A stretch of 64,000 nucleotides of DNA from Hyaloraphidium curvatum SAG 235-1 (lineage: Eukaryota; Fungi; Monoblepharomycota): positions 558,001 through 622,000 of the forward strand of contig JAIVFI010000010.1 of NCBI GenBank assembly GCA_025558095.1, in the 5' to 3' direction. The notes beneath the pieces were generated by a model that was not told where the DNA came from, searched no databases, and saw only the letters and a list, made by a program, of their open reading frames with translations. Positions 49,604-61,643 of this stretch are shown here, piece by piece; the first letter of the stretch is position 1; each line of letters starts with the position of its first letter. A program made the translations under genes and the position numbers.

Positions 49604-52537
49604 CTATGCAGGTTCCTCCTTCACAACTACATCATCGTGGAAACCTGGGTCACCATTCAAGGCCTCGCCCTTGTAGGGCTTCACCTCTAGCTTTGTCCGT
49701 GGCTGGATCTGCCAAAGCTCTGTCAGGGGCTTCACTGTCCTCCTGGCTCGTGCAAGCAATGGAAGGATACGTCTGCGCATTTCTTCCGACTTGCAGGTGA
49801 CGTTCTGGAGACGAATCAGGTCAAGCTAATTTGCAGGCACGAGTGCAAAACCTACCATGGTTTCCGCGTCGATGAAGACTTCAAGGCCATCGACCCGGAC
49901 CACCCATCGGTGCATGAGTGATTGTCTCCCTTCCATGGCCTTCAGATCCTTCTTTGCATCCTCTCCCACCTGGTCTGCAGACTCATGCATCTCCCGGGTC
50001 ACCATGCTGTCGCCAAAGTGCTGCCTCAAAAGTGAATCAACCAAAGCCTCCCAGTCGACCGGAGCTTCCTGTGATTGCCCAGAAACGTTCTTGGCATCCG
50101 GTCCCGCAATGTCCTCAGGAAGCTCCACAATCGTCGATTTAGCCTCCTCAGGGCCATCTGCGCGCAGGCTACCGTCCCCATGACTGTATCCGTGACCATG
50201 GCCATGATCGGAACGAGTCAGCTTCACTGAAGCCCGACTTGCTTCCACCTGGGCAATGCACGCCACGACGGCATCTGCAAGTATGTCCGTGACAGGATCC
50301 CCATCCCACTCCACTTCGATCTTCCCGGTCAACGGGCTGTGGCGAACGACGATGGTCTCCATGACTGCCCAGCAAGCCCGCACTTCCGGAGCGCCGTCGA
50401 CATCCTCCATCCCCAATGCGTCTTCCGGATTGTCGTCCAAAGCCAAAGCGTTGTCGTCCTCGATCCGCTCAACCATGCCAAACATGCTCCGAAGGTGCCA
50501 CTCGACGAGCGAGCTGGTAACACCGATCCCGACCTTCATCAGAAGCTTCTGGGACAACGTCAAAGTGGGCAGATTGGTGTACTCGCCGAGGTCCTCGGGA
50601 GCAAGGAGCGAATATCGAAAGTCCCGGGCCACCAACACGCCAGACAGCCGAACGTTGTCCTTCGGCGGCTCCGAAGCAAGGGTCCCTATGGTCCTGGCCA
50701 TCTTCTCGCCCCGGAAAAACAGCTCCACGGTCTTGCAGTTCTCGGGCGTATGGATCTCCATGCGATCGCCCTCGTTCCGCTCCTGGTACTTCGACTGCAG
50801 CGCATGCTTCAGCCGATACATCTCGTTGCGGTCCCCGTGCACAAGAACAAGATGCGGGGGTCGAACGTCGTCAATGAAATGCGAGTTCTGGGCGTAGTCC
50901 ACGTGCGCAGCGAACGTGACATAGTGCACCGAGCACCGGCGCTTGAGTTTCCCCCCGTTCATGGTGGGTATATCCTCCGGTTCGGCGAGGATCTGCTTGC
51001 CGAGTGTGCCCTCAACCACGTACCCTGCAATCATCACGCCGTTGCGCGAATCCTCCGCCCAGGACTCGAGGAGCTCCCGTGAAAACCCGCTCTGCAGCAC
51101 AATCAGAACACTGCGGCGACATCCCGTGGCATAGATCCGCATACCTGCAGCATGCCCGGGCTGGCCATCATGACGCACGGCCCCGAATCATCAAAGGCGT
51201 CCCTTCCCTTCAGGTTGCTGATGTGCTTGAACACGAACGGGTTGTTCCCGGCGGCGATCTGGCGTTTGACTCGCGCATTCATCATGTTGGTATAAGTTTG
51301 GTAAACGGCCATGCACTTCTTCGCCAGTGCCGACGCGTAGTAGACGGGAATCTGATGAAGCTCCGGGTGGGCGGCCCAGTACTCGTCCAGAATCAGGAGC
51401 AGTTCCTGCGCCCGTCCGAGCGCAAAAGTGGGTATCAAACAGCGTCCTTTTCGCATGACAATGTCCTGGATGGTTTCTGGACGACAACAACCGGTCAATA
51501 CGATGCCACTGCACGGGGGCGCGCGACGTACTGGTGAAGCGGGCTTCCCGCTCTATTCGGGGCTCGTGGCTCTGTACACCGAAGGTGCTCTCGCAGATCA
51601 TGACCTCGACGGTGCCGGGCGGCCGCTCTGCTGGCATCAAGTGGCGATCTTCTTCCCGCGAGTAGTCCCCAGTGTAGAGGACCCTAATCCCGGCGATTTC
51701 GATCAGAAACATGGCAGCACCAAGCACGTGGCCGGCGTTGAATGCGGTGAACTTGATTCCACCCTCGAGTTCTATCGTCTGGCGCAGAGGGGCTGTGATT
51801 AGGTCCTGTCCAACATCCGAACCTCCCGTCGCTCACTTGGTGATAGTCGACTGCGATGACCTTCGAATGCGACGAGAGAAGGTCGTTTTCGTCAAAGAGG
51901 ACGTCCTCGGCCGAGTTGTTGCTGATAAAGCAGTCCCATGAGGCGGCGGCCATGAGGAGCGCCTCGCGATGGATGCCCACCTGATTCGGAGGAAGTCCGT
52001 CAACATCCAGCGATAGATTGCCTTCGTTGGGTGAGTCATGTAGACTTTGCCTGCGAAGTTGGTCTGTGCGACGCCGTTAAGGTCCCATCGCGGGTCGCGG
52101 TTCCGAAAGCCGCCCACCTTCTGCATGAAGTACGGGACAGCCCCAGCGTGGTCGAGGTGAAAGCTGCAGAGGAAATGACGACCGGTCACAAGGAGGCTCT
52201 TGGTCCGCAGGCCACCATTGAACACGAACTGGGTGACCAGCAGGTAGTCGACCTTGGCGGGGTCTATCTGGTCGAAGAACGGCAACGAGTCCAGGCCGTT
52301 GTACGCGGGATGGATCCCGCAATCCAGCTGGAGACCGTGCCATGCTTAGATGGCGACCAGGACGCGCCGTGACCCGGAGCGTCCCCGCACCATGATCGTC
52401 TTGTTCTTGTACTCAATGACGATACAGGAGCGTCCGACCTCGTTGCCCGCGCCGAGAGGCGTGATGCGCAGAACATCGGCCGCGTCCGCGGCCGGCGGAC
52501 CGTCTGCCGGCCTCTTCGGAGCAACCGGCGCGGCCAT
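49604..52537 (-). CDS. YSH1: mRNA 3'-end endonuclease Ysh1/CPSF73
   Basis: [11 protein letters not shown]; FHLDH; [10 protein letters not shown]; [13 protein letters not shown]; ASPGMLQSG; FAAHVDY; VLVHG. Confidence 0.98.
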
Positions 52538-52711
52538 GTTGTAAGGACGCGACTCCGCGACGCCATCACGCGCGCGGGGCACGCACCCTCCCCAGATAAG
52601 CGCTTTTTGCGGGGGCAGGCACGACGAGACCCTGCGTTCCTCTTGAGAGCATCGTCACAGTGGTTCTACGAGCTTGCGAGGGAGCCTAAGGCTCCCAGGG
52701 CGCCGAAGGCC

Positions 52712-54383
52712 ATGCCGCCCGTGACCATCCTGCCCAACCGCCTTCGGCTGCTAACGCTGCCAAAGTCTTCGCTCCCTGGAGTCACACATGCCCTGCTCCG
52801 CTCATTCTTCTTTGCTGAAAGCTCGGCGCTCTTCTCGTTCACGGAGAACGCGCTCGAGATATCGATCGTGGCGGACTTGGAAACCGTCGCGCACTTTGAC
52901 CTGTCGGCACCGGGGCTGCGGGTCTCGGCGGATGTGTTTCGGGCCCTTCAGATAGACAATGAGGAAGGCCTGGACAATGCTGGCCGGCGGATTAATGAGC
53001 TTTCCGGGCCGCTGGCCCACGCCGGCATCTCCATCTTTTATCTCTCGACGTACCAGACGGACCTAGTCTTTGTGAAGGAGAAGCGACTGCCCCTAGTGCT
53101 TCGCGCTCTGAGCGACTGGACCTTTACGGACGTTCCCTCGTCGGAACGCCTCGACGCGGAGGGCGGTCATGGCGGCCATCCACCGCATCCCGTGCGGAAG
53201 CTGTCTGCGGTCGGACACCATCCTACTTCGAACGGCGGCTCGCTCAGGTCGCCAAAGTCTCTATCGCCCCCGATTCCTATCCCCGTTGGGATGACGCACG
53301 CGGCCTCGGGCGGCATGACCTCGGTCGCGTCGCAGTCGCCGGCGTCGTCCCTGACCGAGGGCTACTTCAACCTCGGCTCGTCGTTTTCCCCTACCTTTGA
53401 CATGGCGCCTGTTCGTCTGACCCAGATGAGCCAGGAAGAATCGGAAAGGATGATCAACGAGGTGCGCCGTCTGACGAAGCGTAGCGTTCTGGGACGGACT
53501 CTGCGGCTCTGCGGCCTGAACCGGGACTACATGGAAGCCTGGGCCCTGAAGCTCCTGCGATTGGTTCTGTATCCGGACCTGGTCCCCAACCACGAGTGAG
53601 TATGTTCTTCCAGCGAGTTGTGGCCGCCAAACTGACGTGCTTGGGATGAAGAAATGCCCAGGATCGTTTCTTTTCCTACACGTCCTTTGACGAGGGCATT
53701 TCCCTCGTCGCGGATGAGGCTGTCCTCGCTTCCACTTTCGAGGACCACCACATCAACGTGTCGCCGCGGAAGCTCAGCTGCATCCAGGTTGATCTCGATC
53801 AGTTTGGCCTCGGTAAGCACCGGTCGCCGCGCGCGGTGGGGCAAGCCCGTTTCTCACTTTCGAGCGTTCTGCAGACCGCTTCGGCATTGTGTTTTCCATG
53901 TCCGACCCCCTCACGCAGCACGCCATCAACCTACTCTACCTGTCGACGTACCGGACGGCCAACGTCCTCGTGTCTTCCAAGGATCTGCCGCGGGCGATGT
54001 CAATCCTTGAGGAGCTGTCGGAGATTGCCGTGCGCGACGAGCGCCAGCATGTTGCGCGCGAAGGGAGCGAATCCGCTTCCGATCGGCCAAACGCGCGGGA
54101 GAGCTTCTCGTCCGGCAACATGCCCGGGCTCGGCGTCTCGGTCGAGAGCTACGGAAACGGGCAGGGGATGAGCCTGCCGTCCCGCTACGAGCAGCAGCGT
54201 TACGAGCCGCTCAAGTACGAGGAGGAGCTTGACGATGAAGAGGACTGGCGTGGGAAAGCCAACCCCGACGACTCGGAGGTGGACGATTTCGAACGCGAAC
54301 TGCACGTCGAGCCGGGGACGTTTTCCATGTCCTTCAAAGAGCAGCCCCTGGCGGAGGCGGCCGGGGCACGGTTCGGTACGTGA
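52712..54383 (+). CDS. CASTOR/GATS-like multi-ACT-domain protein
   Basis: FSFTENALEISIV; PLAHAGISIFYLSTYQTDLVFVKE; second copy AINLLYLSTYRTANVLV. Confidence 0.85.
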
Positions 54384-54790
54384 TGGGTCGATCGGGGCGT
54401 TGTCCGTCGCGTGAACGGTCAAGTGGCTTGTAGAAGACTGACGCATGGCATTCTTGTTCGGAGCACTTGAGAATAGACTGGAAACGAGGAATCGGTGTGG
54501 TCCCCGGGGTTTGGTGTGTGCTGGCGGTTCGATCGCGAAAGACGCAAGAGCGATTGCGGCCGGATCAGCCAGGCGCTGGTCCCGTGGCCTCCTGTGGTTT
54601 CCCCCGGTCCCGGTTCCCATTCGCCGGGTTCCTGCCTGTGCCTTCCCCCGCAGGCTCACCGGCGAACTCCGAGGCCCGTTTCCCCGCCCCCCGCCGCCCC
54701 CCGGTGCTCCCGGTAAGTCCGCGACGCGTCCCGGCACCGTTCAGGCGCCCACCTGACCGCCGCCCCCGGCCCGCCGCGCCATCAGCCGCC

Positions 54791-56334
54791 ATGCGCGCCG
54801 CTTTCGCGCTCGCGCTCGTTTTCGGGCTCGCCGGCGCAGCCGCCGCGTCGCCGTTCCGCATCTCCGTGCCGTTCGTCCGCGGCGGCGAGGCCGCCGAGCG
54901 CACCGCCATGGCGCCGCTGCTCTCGTCGATGGACTCGCAGGTCATCGACGACCACTACATCGTCGTGCTGCGCAAGGACGCCGCGCAGGCCGCCCTGAAC
55001 GCGCACCAGCTGTGGGTGCAGCAGGCTCCCGCAAAGGCGGGCTTCCGCGGCTTCAAGCACGCCTTCGACGTCGCCGGCAAGCTCGCCGGCTACACCGCAC
55101 ACGTTGACGCCGAGACGCTGGAGCAGATCAGGCGCAGCCCCGAGGTGCGATCTGGCTGCACACCCCCGGCCGGCCCCGCTGATCCGTTCCCCCAGGTCGC
55201 CTACGTGGAGAAGGACCAGATCCTCCACACGTTCGACATCGAGCGCAACGTGCCGTCGTGGGGCATCGCACGCATTGCCTACCGCAAGCACCCGACGCCT
55301 CGGCAGTACAAGCTGTACAACTACGACCCGCACGCCGGCAGCGGCGTCACGGCCTACATCATCGACACCGGCGTCAACATCCACCACCAGGACTTTGAGG
55401 GCCGCGCCGTCTGGGGCAAGACCATCCCCGAGGGTGACGAGGACGCGGACGGGAACGGGCACGGTGGGATGCGGCACAACCCGCTCGATGGCGAATCGTG
55501 ATCTGATGTGTCATCTTGCCGTCTCCTCCAGGCTCCCACGTTGCGGGCACCGTTGCTGGCCGCACTTTCGGCGTCGCCAAGAAGGCCAACATCAAGGCCG
55601 TCAAGGTGCTGCGCTCCAACGGCTCCGGCACGCTTTCGGACGTCATCCGCGGCATCGAGTGGGCCGTGACCGACCACGAGGAGCGCGTCAAGGCCGCTGC
55701 CGTCGCGGACGCCGAGGCTGCCGAGAAGGCCAAGCAGAACGGCGAGCCCGTGCCCCCGAAGACCAAGGTGGGCCCGGCTTTACTCCCACTGAACCGACCT
55801 AGTTTGACGCCGTATTTCGCTTTCGCGCAGGTCAAGAGCACGGCCAACATGTCGCTCGGCGGCGGGCGCTCCAAGGTCCTCGACCGCGCCGTCGACGCCG
55901 CCGTCGAGGCCGGCATTCACTTTGCCGTTGCCGCTGGCAACGACGCCCGCGACGCCTGCCAGTACTCTCCCGCCGCCTCGGAGCTTGCTGTCACCGTCGG
56001 TGCCAGCTCGATCGACGATAGCATGGCCTGGTTCTCGAACCACGGCAAGTGCGTCGACATCTTCGGCCCCGGCAAGGACATCACCTCGGCCTGGATCGGC
56101 TCCAACGTCGCCACCAACACCATCTCGGGCACCTCGATGGCCTCGCCCCACATCTGCGGGCTGCTCACCCTGTTCCTGTCGCTGCCCCAGCACGAGGACA
56201 AGACCCCGAAGGAGCTCAAGGACGTCATCGTCCAGATGAGCACCAAGGACGTGATCACCGGTCTGCCCATCTGGAGCAAGACCGCCAACAGGCTCGCCTT
56301 CACCGACCCGCCCGCGCGCAACGCCACCGCTTGA
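54791..56334 (+). CDS. PRB1: Subtilisin S8A vacuolar protease B-like (signal peptide, I9 propeptide)
   Basis: YIIDTGV; DGNGHGSHVAGT; ANMSLGGG; AAGND; [10 protein letters not shown]. Confidence 0.93.
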
Positions 56335-56610
56335 AGGTCATGGCGTGAAGGTCCGCTGGTTGAAATGTGCACGACTTTGAGAGGTAGACACCATGTACAG
56401 GGAGGCAAGGATGTTGAGCAATGCCTGCAGCAGGGTTGCGAATAGGAACACCGATGCGAATCGTCTTCGTGGTGAGATCGGCTCCATAAGCCAGAAAACG
56501 AGAAAGAGAAGTGAATGACGGGGGAGGGAGGCAAATGAGCTGAGGCGGTGCGACCCCTGCCCATCAGCAGCTCCAAACACCTCCGTGACCGCAGCAGAAA
56601 GGCACCAAAG

Positions 56611-57308
56611 ATGCCCCTCGCCGCTCCCATCAATTTCCACGCCTGGCTCGAGGAGAACAAGGACCGTCTGAAGCCGCCGGTCAACAACTTCCTCCTGCAA
56701 CGCGGGGACTTCCAAATCATGGTGGTTGGCGGGCCCAACAGGCGCACGGACTACCACGTCAACGAGACGGATGTGAGCGGGCGGCTCCGAGGCCTTGCTG
56801 GCCCATCTGGGAGGCACGGAGCTGACGGGCCCACTTCCCCGCGGCGCCACCGCTCGTTCCGCGCCACCCTACGGATCCCAGGAATGGTTCTACCAGTACA
56901 AGGGGGACATGCTCCTCCGCGTCGTGGACGCCGGCGAATTCCGGGACATGCCGATCAAGGAGGGCGAGATGTTCCTGCTCCCAGGTCCGCCTCGCCGCGC
57001 CCCGGCGCCCCGACGCCCTTCTGACCTTGCTCCCGCCCCGTACGTCCCCTACAACGATGCTAGCAAACACCCCGCACAACCCCGTGCGCTTCGCCGACAC
57101 CGTCGGCATCGTCGTGGAGCGCAACCGCCCCGCCGAGTCCCTGGACCGGCTGCGGTGGTACTGCGACCAGTGCCGCGAGATCGTCTACGAGGAGAGCTTC
57201 CACTGCACGGACCTGGGCACGCAGCTGAAGCCCGTCATCGAAAAGTGGGCCAGGGAGGAGGGCCTGCGGGTGTGCCCGCACTGCGGGCACCAGAACCCGG
57301 CCAAGTGA
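56611..57308 (+). CDS. BNA1: 3-hydroxyanthranilate 3,4-dioxygenase
   Basis: LKPPVNN; [17 protein letters not shown]; EWFYQYKG; PHNPVRF; WYC..C; CPHCG. Confidence 0.97.
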
Positions 57309-57857
57309 TGGAGTGGGGGGCTGTTCGACGTGGTGCTTTTTTGCTATGCTCGTACACGGAACGAAAAGAGGAGATGGTCGCAGGGTGCTGCGAGGCCTGG
57401 AATACCTCCGAATATGGATGAAGGAGGGTGCCGAAGGGTTCTGACCGGGCTCGATCGAAGTCCCGTGGAGGGAGCAATGGAAGTGAGCCGAGACAACCGG
57501 CCCCCCAAAAAAACAGAAGACGGTCACTTGATCTTCAAGGGCTGTACGTATTCGTAGATAAGCGATCGGCGGTCGTTTGCAAGTTTGTTTGCGCGGACGA
57601 AGGTTCCGATCTCGCGCTTCCGCCGGCTCGGTGCGAAAAGTGGAGATCATGCCCACTGTCCCGGCTGATCAGTTCGTCTAGTGCTTCCGACTGCTTTGCC
57701 GTTCTACCAAGGTCGGCCCTTGGCCAAACAGGTGTGCTTACTCACAATGGGGCTCGGCGCAAACAGAGCCGAGAGCGCGCGCTCGCAACGTCGCCTCATT
57801 CGCACTCAGGCCGCGCACCGCCTCCCTCGGCTTCAGCGCCCCCCCCTCCGCGCCCCG

Positions 57858-59628
57858 ATGGCGGCCGTCGCCGCGCTGCCACCGTTCCCGCTGATCGGGG
57901 CTTCCCCCGTGCTCTCGCCGCGCGTGACTCCTGCGACGGTGTGGACCGCCCCCCCACCGGCCGGCCCGGCCTCGCCCGCGCGCCCCGCCGCCGCCTCTGC
58001 CGATGGCGCCGAGTCGGCCGTCTCAGCCGGCAGCCCGGGCGGCCCGCTGACGCGCCGGCGCTCGTCCGCGGGGGCCGTGCCCGCGCGCCCACCGGGCTCT
58101 CCGCCGGCCGCCGCCTCGCCGGCACCCATCACCGCGCCCGCCGACGCCGAACTCTCCGTGGAGGCCGAGGGCGTCGTCGTGCGCCGCGGGCCGCCCGCCG
58201 CCCGCTCCCTCCGGCCGCGCCAGCCCGCCGCAGTCTCGAAGCCCGCCCCGCGGCCGCTGCGCCTCGCCCGCCCCGCGCCGGCGGCCTCCCGCGCCTCGAC
58301 CCGCCTCGCGTTCCGCCCCGCCGCCGACAAAGATCTCGACGAGCTGGCCGACATCGTCGAGATCGAGGACGCGGAGGGCGTCGACGTGCTGCTCGACTCG
58401 GGACGCGCGATCGGCCACAAGCGCCGCCAGCAGCGATCGCTGGCAAAGCGGGCAGCCGCCGCCATCCAGGCCGGCAGGCTCGCCCGCGCCCGGGACGGCT
58501 CGCGTCCCGCCAGGCCGGCCGTCAGGGCCCCCGTGCCCGCGAGGCGTTCCGGCCCGAGGCCCGTCTCGTCGTTCGCCGCCGCCGCAATGGACATCTACAA
58601 GCCGCCGCAGCGCACCAGCTTCCACGTCAGGCACCAGCGCGTCAACGCGGCCATGCCGCCGGTCATGGACATTGCCGAGATGTCGCGCCTCATCTCCCCC
58701 CTGCCCTCGCCCTCGCCGTCGCCGCCGCCCGACGGCCTGGTCGACGGCGTGCCGCGCCTCGTGTCCAATGACCCGCGGCGCCACTGCACCCACCTGCGCA
58801 AGTGCTTCAACGAGGCGACCCTCATCGACTTTGACAAGTGGGGCTTCGTCTCGTCGCCGCCCGAGGCGCGGGATCTGTTCAGGGACGAGGGCCTGCGCTG
58901 CGTCCGGTGGGTTCACGCCGTTTGCCGCCCGTGGTCGGGCTCGGCTGACGCCTCCCACGTCATCCAGTTACGCGCTGCCCGCCGCCCGGTGCCACACCCT
59001 CCACGCCGAGATCCTCTCCCTCCTCCCGCTTTCGACCGTCACCTCGTGGCGCGGCATGGGTGCCGGAGGCGCCTCGCAAAAGTTCCTGTGGCTGACGGAG
59101 GAGCAGATCCTCCGCTTCGGCCTCGAGTACCGCTTCGACCGCCACCGGCCGATGCCCGAGTCGCGCCACCAGCGCTTAATGGACCGAATCCAGAAGAGCT
59201 TCGGCAAGGACTTTGACGGCCCCGTCATCGCCCTCCAGCCCAATTTCCAGCAGGCCGACTTCCCGCTCCACACGGACCAGCCGTCCCTGGAGGGCTTCGG
59301 AAACAAGATCATCACGGTCGGCGTCTACGGCGAGGGCTGGGTCGTCATCCGCGACAAGGACGCCAAGCGCAGCTTCAAGTTCAAGGTCGGCACCGGCGAC
59401 GCCTGGGCCATGGTCGGCAAGGCGCGCTGGGAGTGGGCGCACGGCGTCGTCTGCGAGACGTGGGTGGACTGCCGCGCAGTGCTGGCCGCATGAATGGTCC
59501 GGCTGACTGCATCCTGGGCGTTTGTTAGGTACCCGAGCGACATGGACGACCCCGAGCAGCAGCCGAACCCCGACGAGCCGCAGAAGTTCCGCGCCCGTCG
59601 GGTCTCGCTCAACATCCGCATCGAATAG
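57858..59628 (+). CDS. AlkB-like 2OG-Fe(II) dioxygenase with a long low-complexity N-terminus
   Basis: PLHTD (HxD)..GDAWAMVGKARWEWAHGV..RRVSLNIR (RxSxxxR). Confidence 0.75.
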
Positions 59629-59857
59629 GGCACGTGCCCGTGCTCATGCCAGAGGCGCACCGCGCCGGACATTGCTACGTTGTCTTCGTGAATCTCCGTC
59701 GCGGAAGTGTTAGAGAAGGTTTCCCGCATGATAGTCCGCACTTGTACAGATCCAGTAGGATGTAGTCCCTGCCAGAGTCCGAAAACGCGCGTCCCACGCG
59801 CGTCCATCACTCACTCCGCGGACCCGCGACCACCCACCCGCACGACCAACGCTGAAC

Positions 59858-60337
59858 ATGGCCGCCGAAGCGCTGTCCGCCGACGAAGCCAGCCGTTTTT
59901 CCGATCGCATCCATGCCGGTTTCATCCGCGTCGGTTCGGGGGCGACGGTGCTGGAGCGTCTGTACACTATCAACGTGCGCAAGCTGTCGGGCTCTGGCAA
60001 GGGCAACTTCAGGGTCGCGTTCGTCTCCGCATCGCTGGCTGACGAAGAGGAGATCAAGGCCGAGCTCCTGATCCTCTACGGCTCGACGCCCACCGTGTTC
60101 ACCGTCGCTCCGTCGCGTCTGCATTTCCTCGTCACGGGTCTCGGTGCCATCCCTCCCGAAATCGCTCATATCGGTCTGCGTGCTATCGGTTTCGTGCCCG
60201 GAAAAGGTTCCGATGTTGCGGGAAGAGTGCTGGTCTTCGATCGCGCCCTCTCGTCAAACGAGTTCGACAAGCTGGGGATCAAGGACATGGTCGACGCGCG
60301 GCCGGCGGACGAGACGTATGTCGTGCTGACCTTTTGA
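59858..60337 (+). CDS. Orphan intronless 159-aa protein
   Basis: ATG in aacATGG context, coding-like codon usage, globular composition; family not recognised. Confidence 0.6.
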   Translation: MAAEALSADEASRFSDRIHAGFIRVGSGATVLERLYTINVRKLSGSGKGNFRVAFVSASLADEEEIKAELLILYGSTPTVFTVAPSRLHFLVTGLGAIPPEIAHIGLRAIGFVPGKGSDVAGRVLVFDRALSSNEFDKLGIKDMVDARPADETYVVLTF

Positions 60338-60548
60338 TGCACCTTACCGTGAGTGAGCAGACGAGCTCGACGATCGCTAGCTGATGCAGGCACCTTTTTC
60401 GGGCAGTCATTGGACACCGCCGTCAAGTAGCCTCGTCGTGGTCTGCGCACACGCCATTCTTTCGCAAGGTTCTCGGCAGAAGTATCGATAATCAGCTCTG
60501 TAGTGATTCTTCTCTGTCTCCCTTTACAATCTACTGCCATCGCGATAA

Positions 60549-61604
60549 TCACTTGCCGCCAGTCTTGGCCTTCTTCGGGGCCTTTTCCGTCGGCGTTTTC
60601 GAGTCAGCAGCCCGCTTCCCGTCTCTGTCGTTGACGGCGGCCTTGGCGCGCTGTTCGAGACGGTTAATGGTGACCAGTTTGCTGACGACTGTGGCTACTC
60701 ACGACTTTCTTCATGCATTTGCCGTTGTGGGTGTACAGGTACTCCCACTTTCCCCCTCTCTTTTCGACCGGCCCATCGATTCTCCAGTCCATGTTGCGCT
60801 TGCAGTCCTCGGCGTTGCAGATCCTCTTGGACGGTTCCTCGATGTCCAGAGGGTTGGGCGTCCCCCGGTGCAGCTTCAAGTAGTTCTCCTTGCCCATCGT
60901 CGTGAGGAAAACCCCGCCGATCTCGTCCGGGACCAGCGCAAGCGCCGCCTCCTCCTCCTGCTTCTTCTGTGCCTTTCCGGCCTTGGCCTGGCGGTGCGAG
61001 TCCGACATGGTCATAAATGATGTCCGCGGAGCTAAAGATCCGACTCACCAGGGCCTTGCATTCGTCCATGGTGTGCACGTCCCGGTAGACGGCTTTCGAG
61101 GCCTTGAGGGTGTGCCAGGTCGTGTTCCCGTAGCGGAAGTCTAGGGGTTGCCCGCAGCCTTTGCAGTTCTGCGTCCGGATCTGGTCCAGCTTGCCGGCCT
61201 CCACGAGCCTGCGGTACTGCTCCTTGGCGTGATCATTGAGCTCGACGCCGCCGATCTCGTCGGGAACGATGATGTCGGACGCTTTCGGCAGCTCGTGCTT
61301 GCCGAATTGCTGAATCCAGTCCATCTCCGGGTCCTGCGGACGACGTCGGTAGGTGCCCGCGGCGCTCACCGCGCCGCGCTACCTTCATCGTCGACGCGTC
61401 GAGTAAAGTGTCGTGAGCGCTCTGGCAGGTACGCGGGATGAGCGGGAGGAAGACTTGGGGACGCGCGGCCCGGCCCACCTTCGCCGCCAGGAAACCGCGG
61501 ACGTCGTTCTCCACCGTGTTGAGAAATCCCGTGAAGGTGAGGGCGAGCTCATCGGGAATGTCAGGGGAACTGATGAGCCCGGACAGCAGTCCGCGAATGG
61601 TCAT
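60549..61604 (-). CDS. Orphan spliced gene: two tandem putative C-C..H-C zinc-binding repeats and a basic C-terminus
   Basis: GT..AG introns join MTIRGLL..AAK|SAH..MK|DPEM..; VPDEIGGVxL occurs twice; ends KAPKKAKTGGK*. Confidence 0.7.
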
Positions 61605-61643
61605 GGTGCGAGCGAATTCGAAGGTGTCGTAGCGTGGAGGGAG

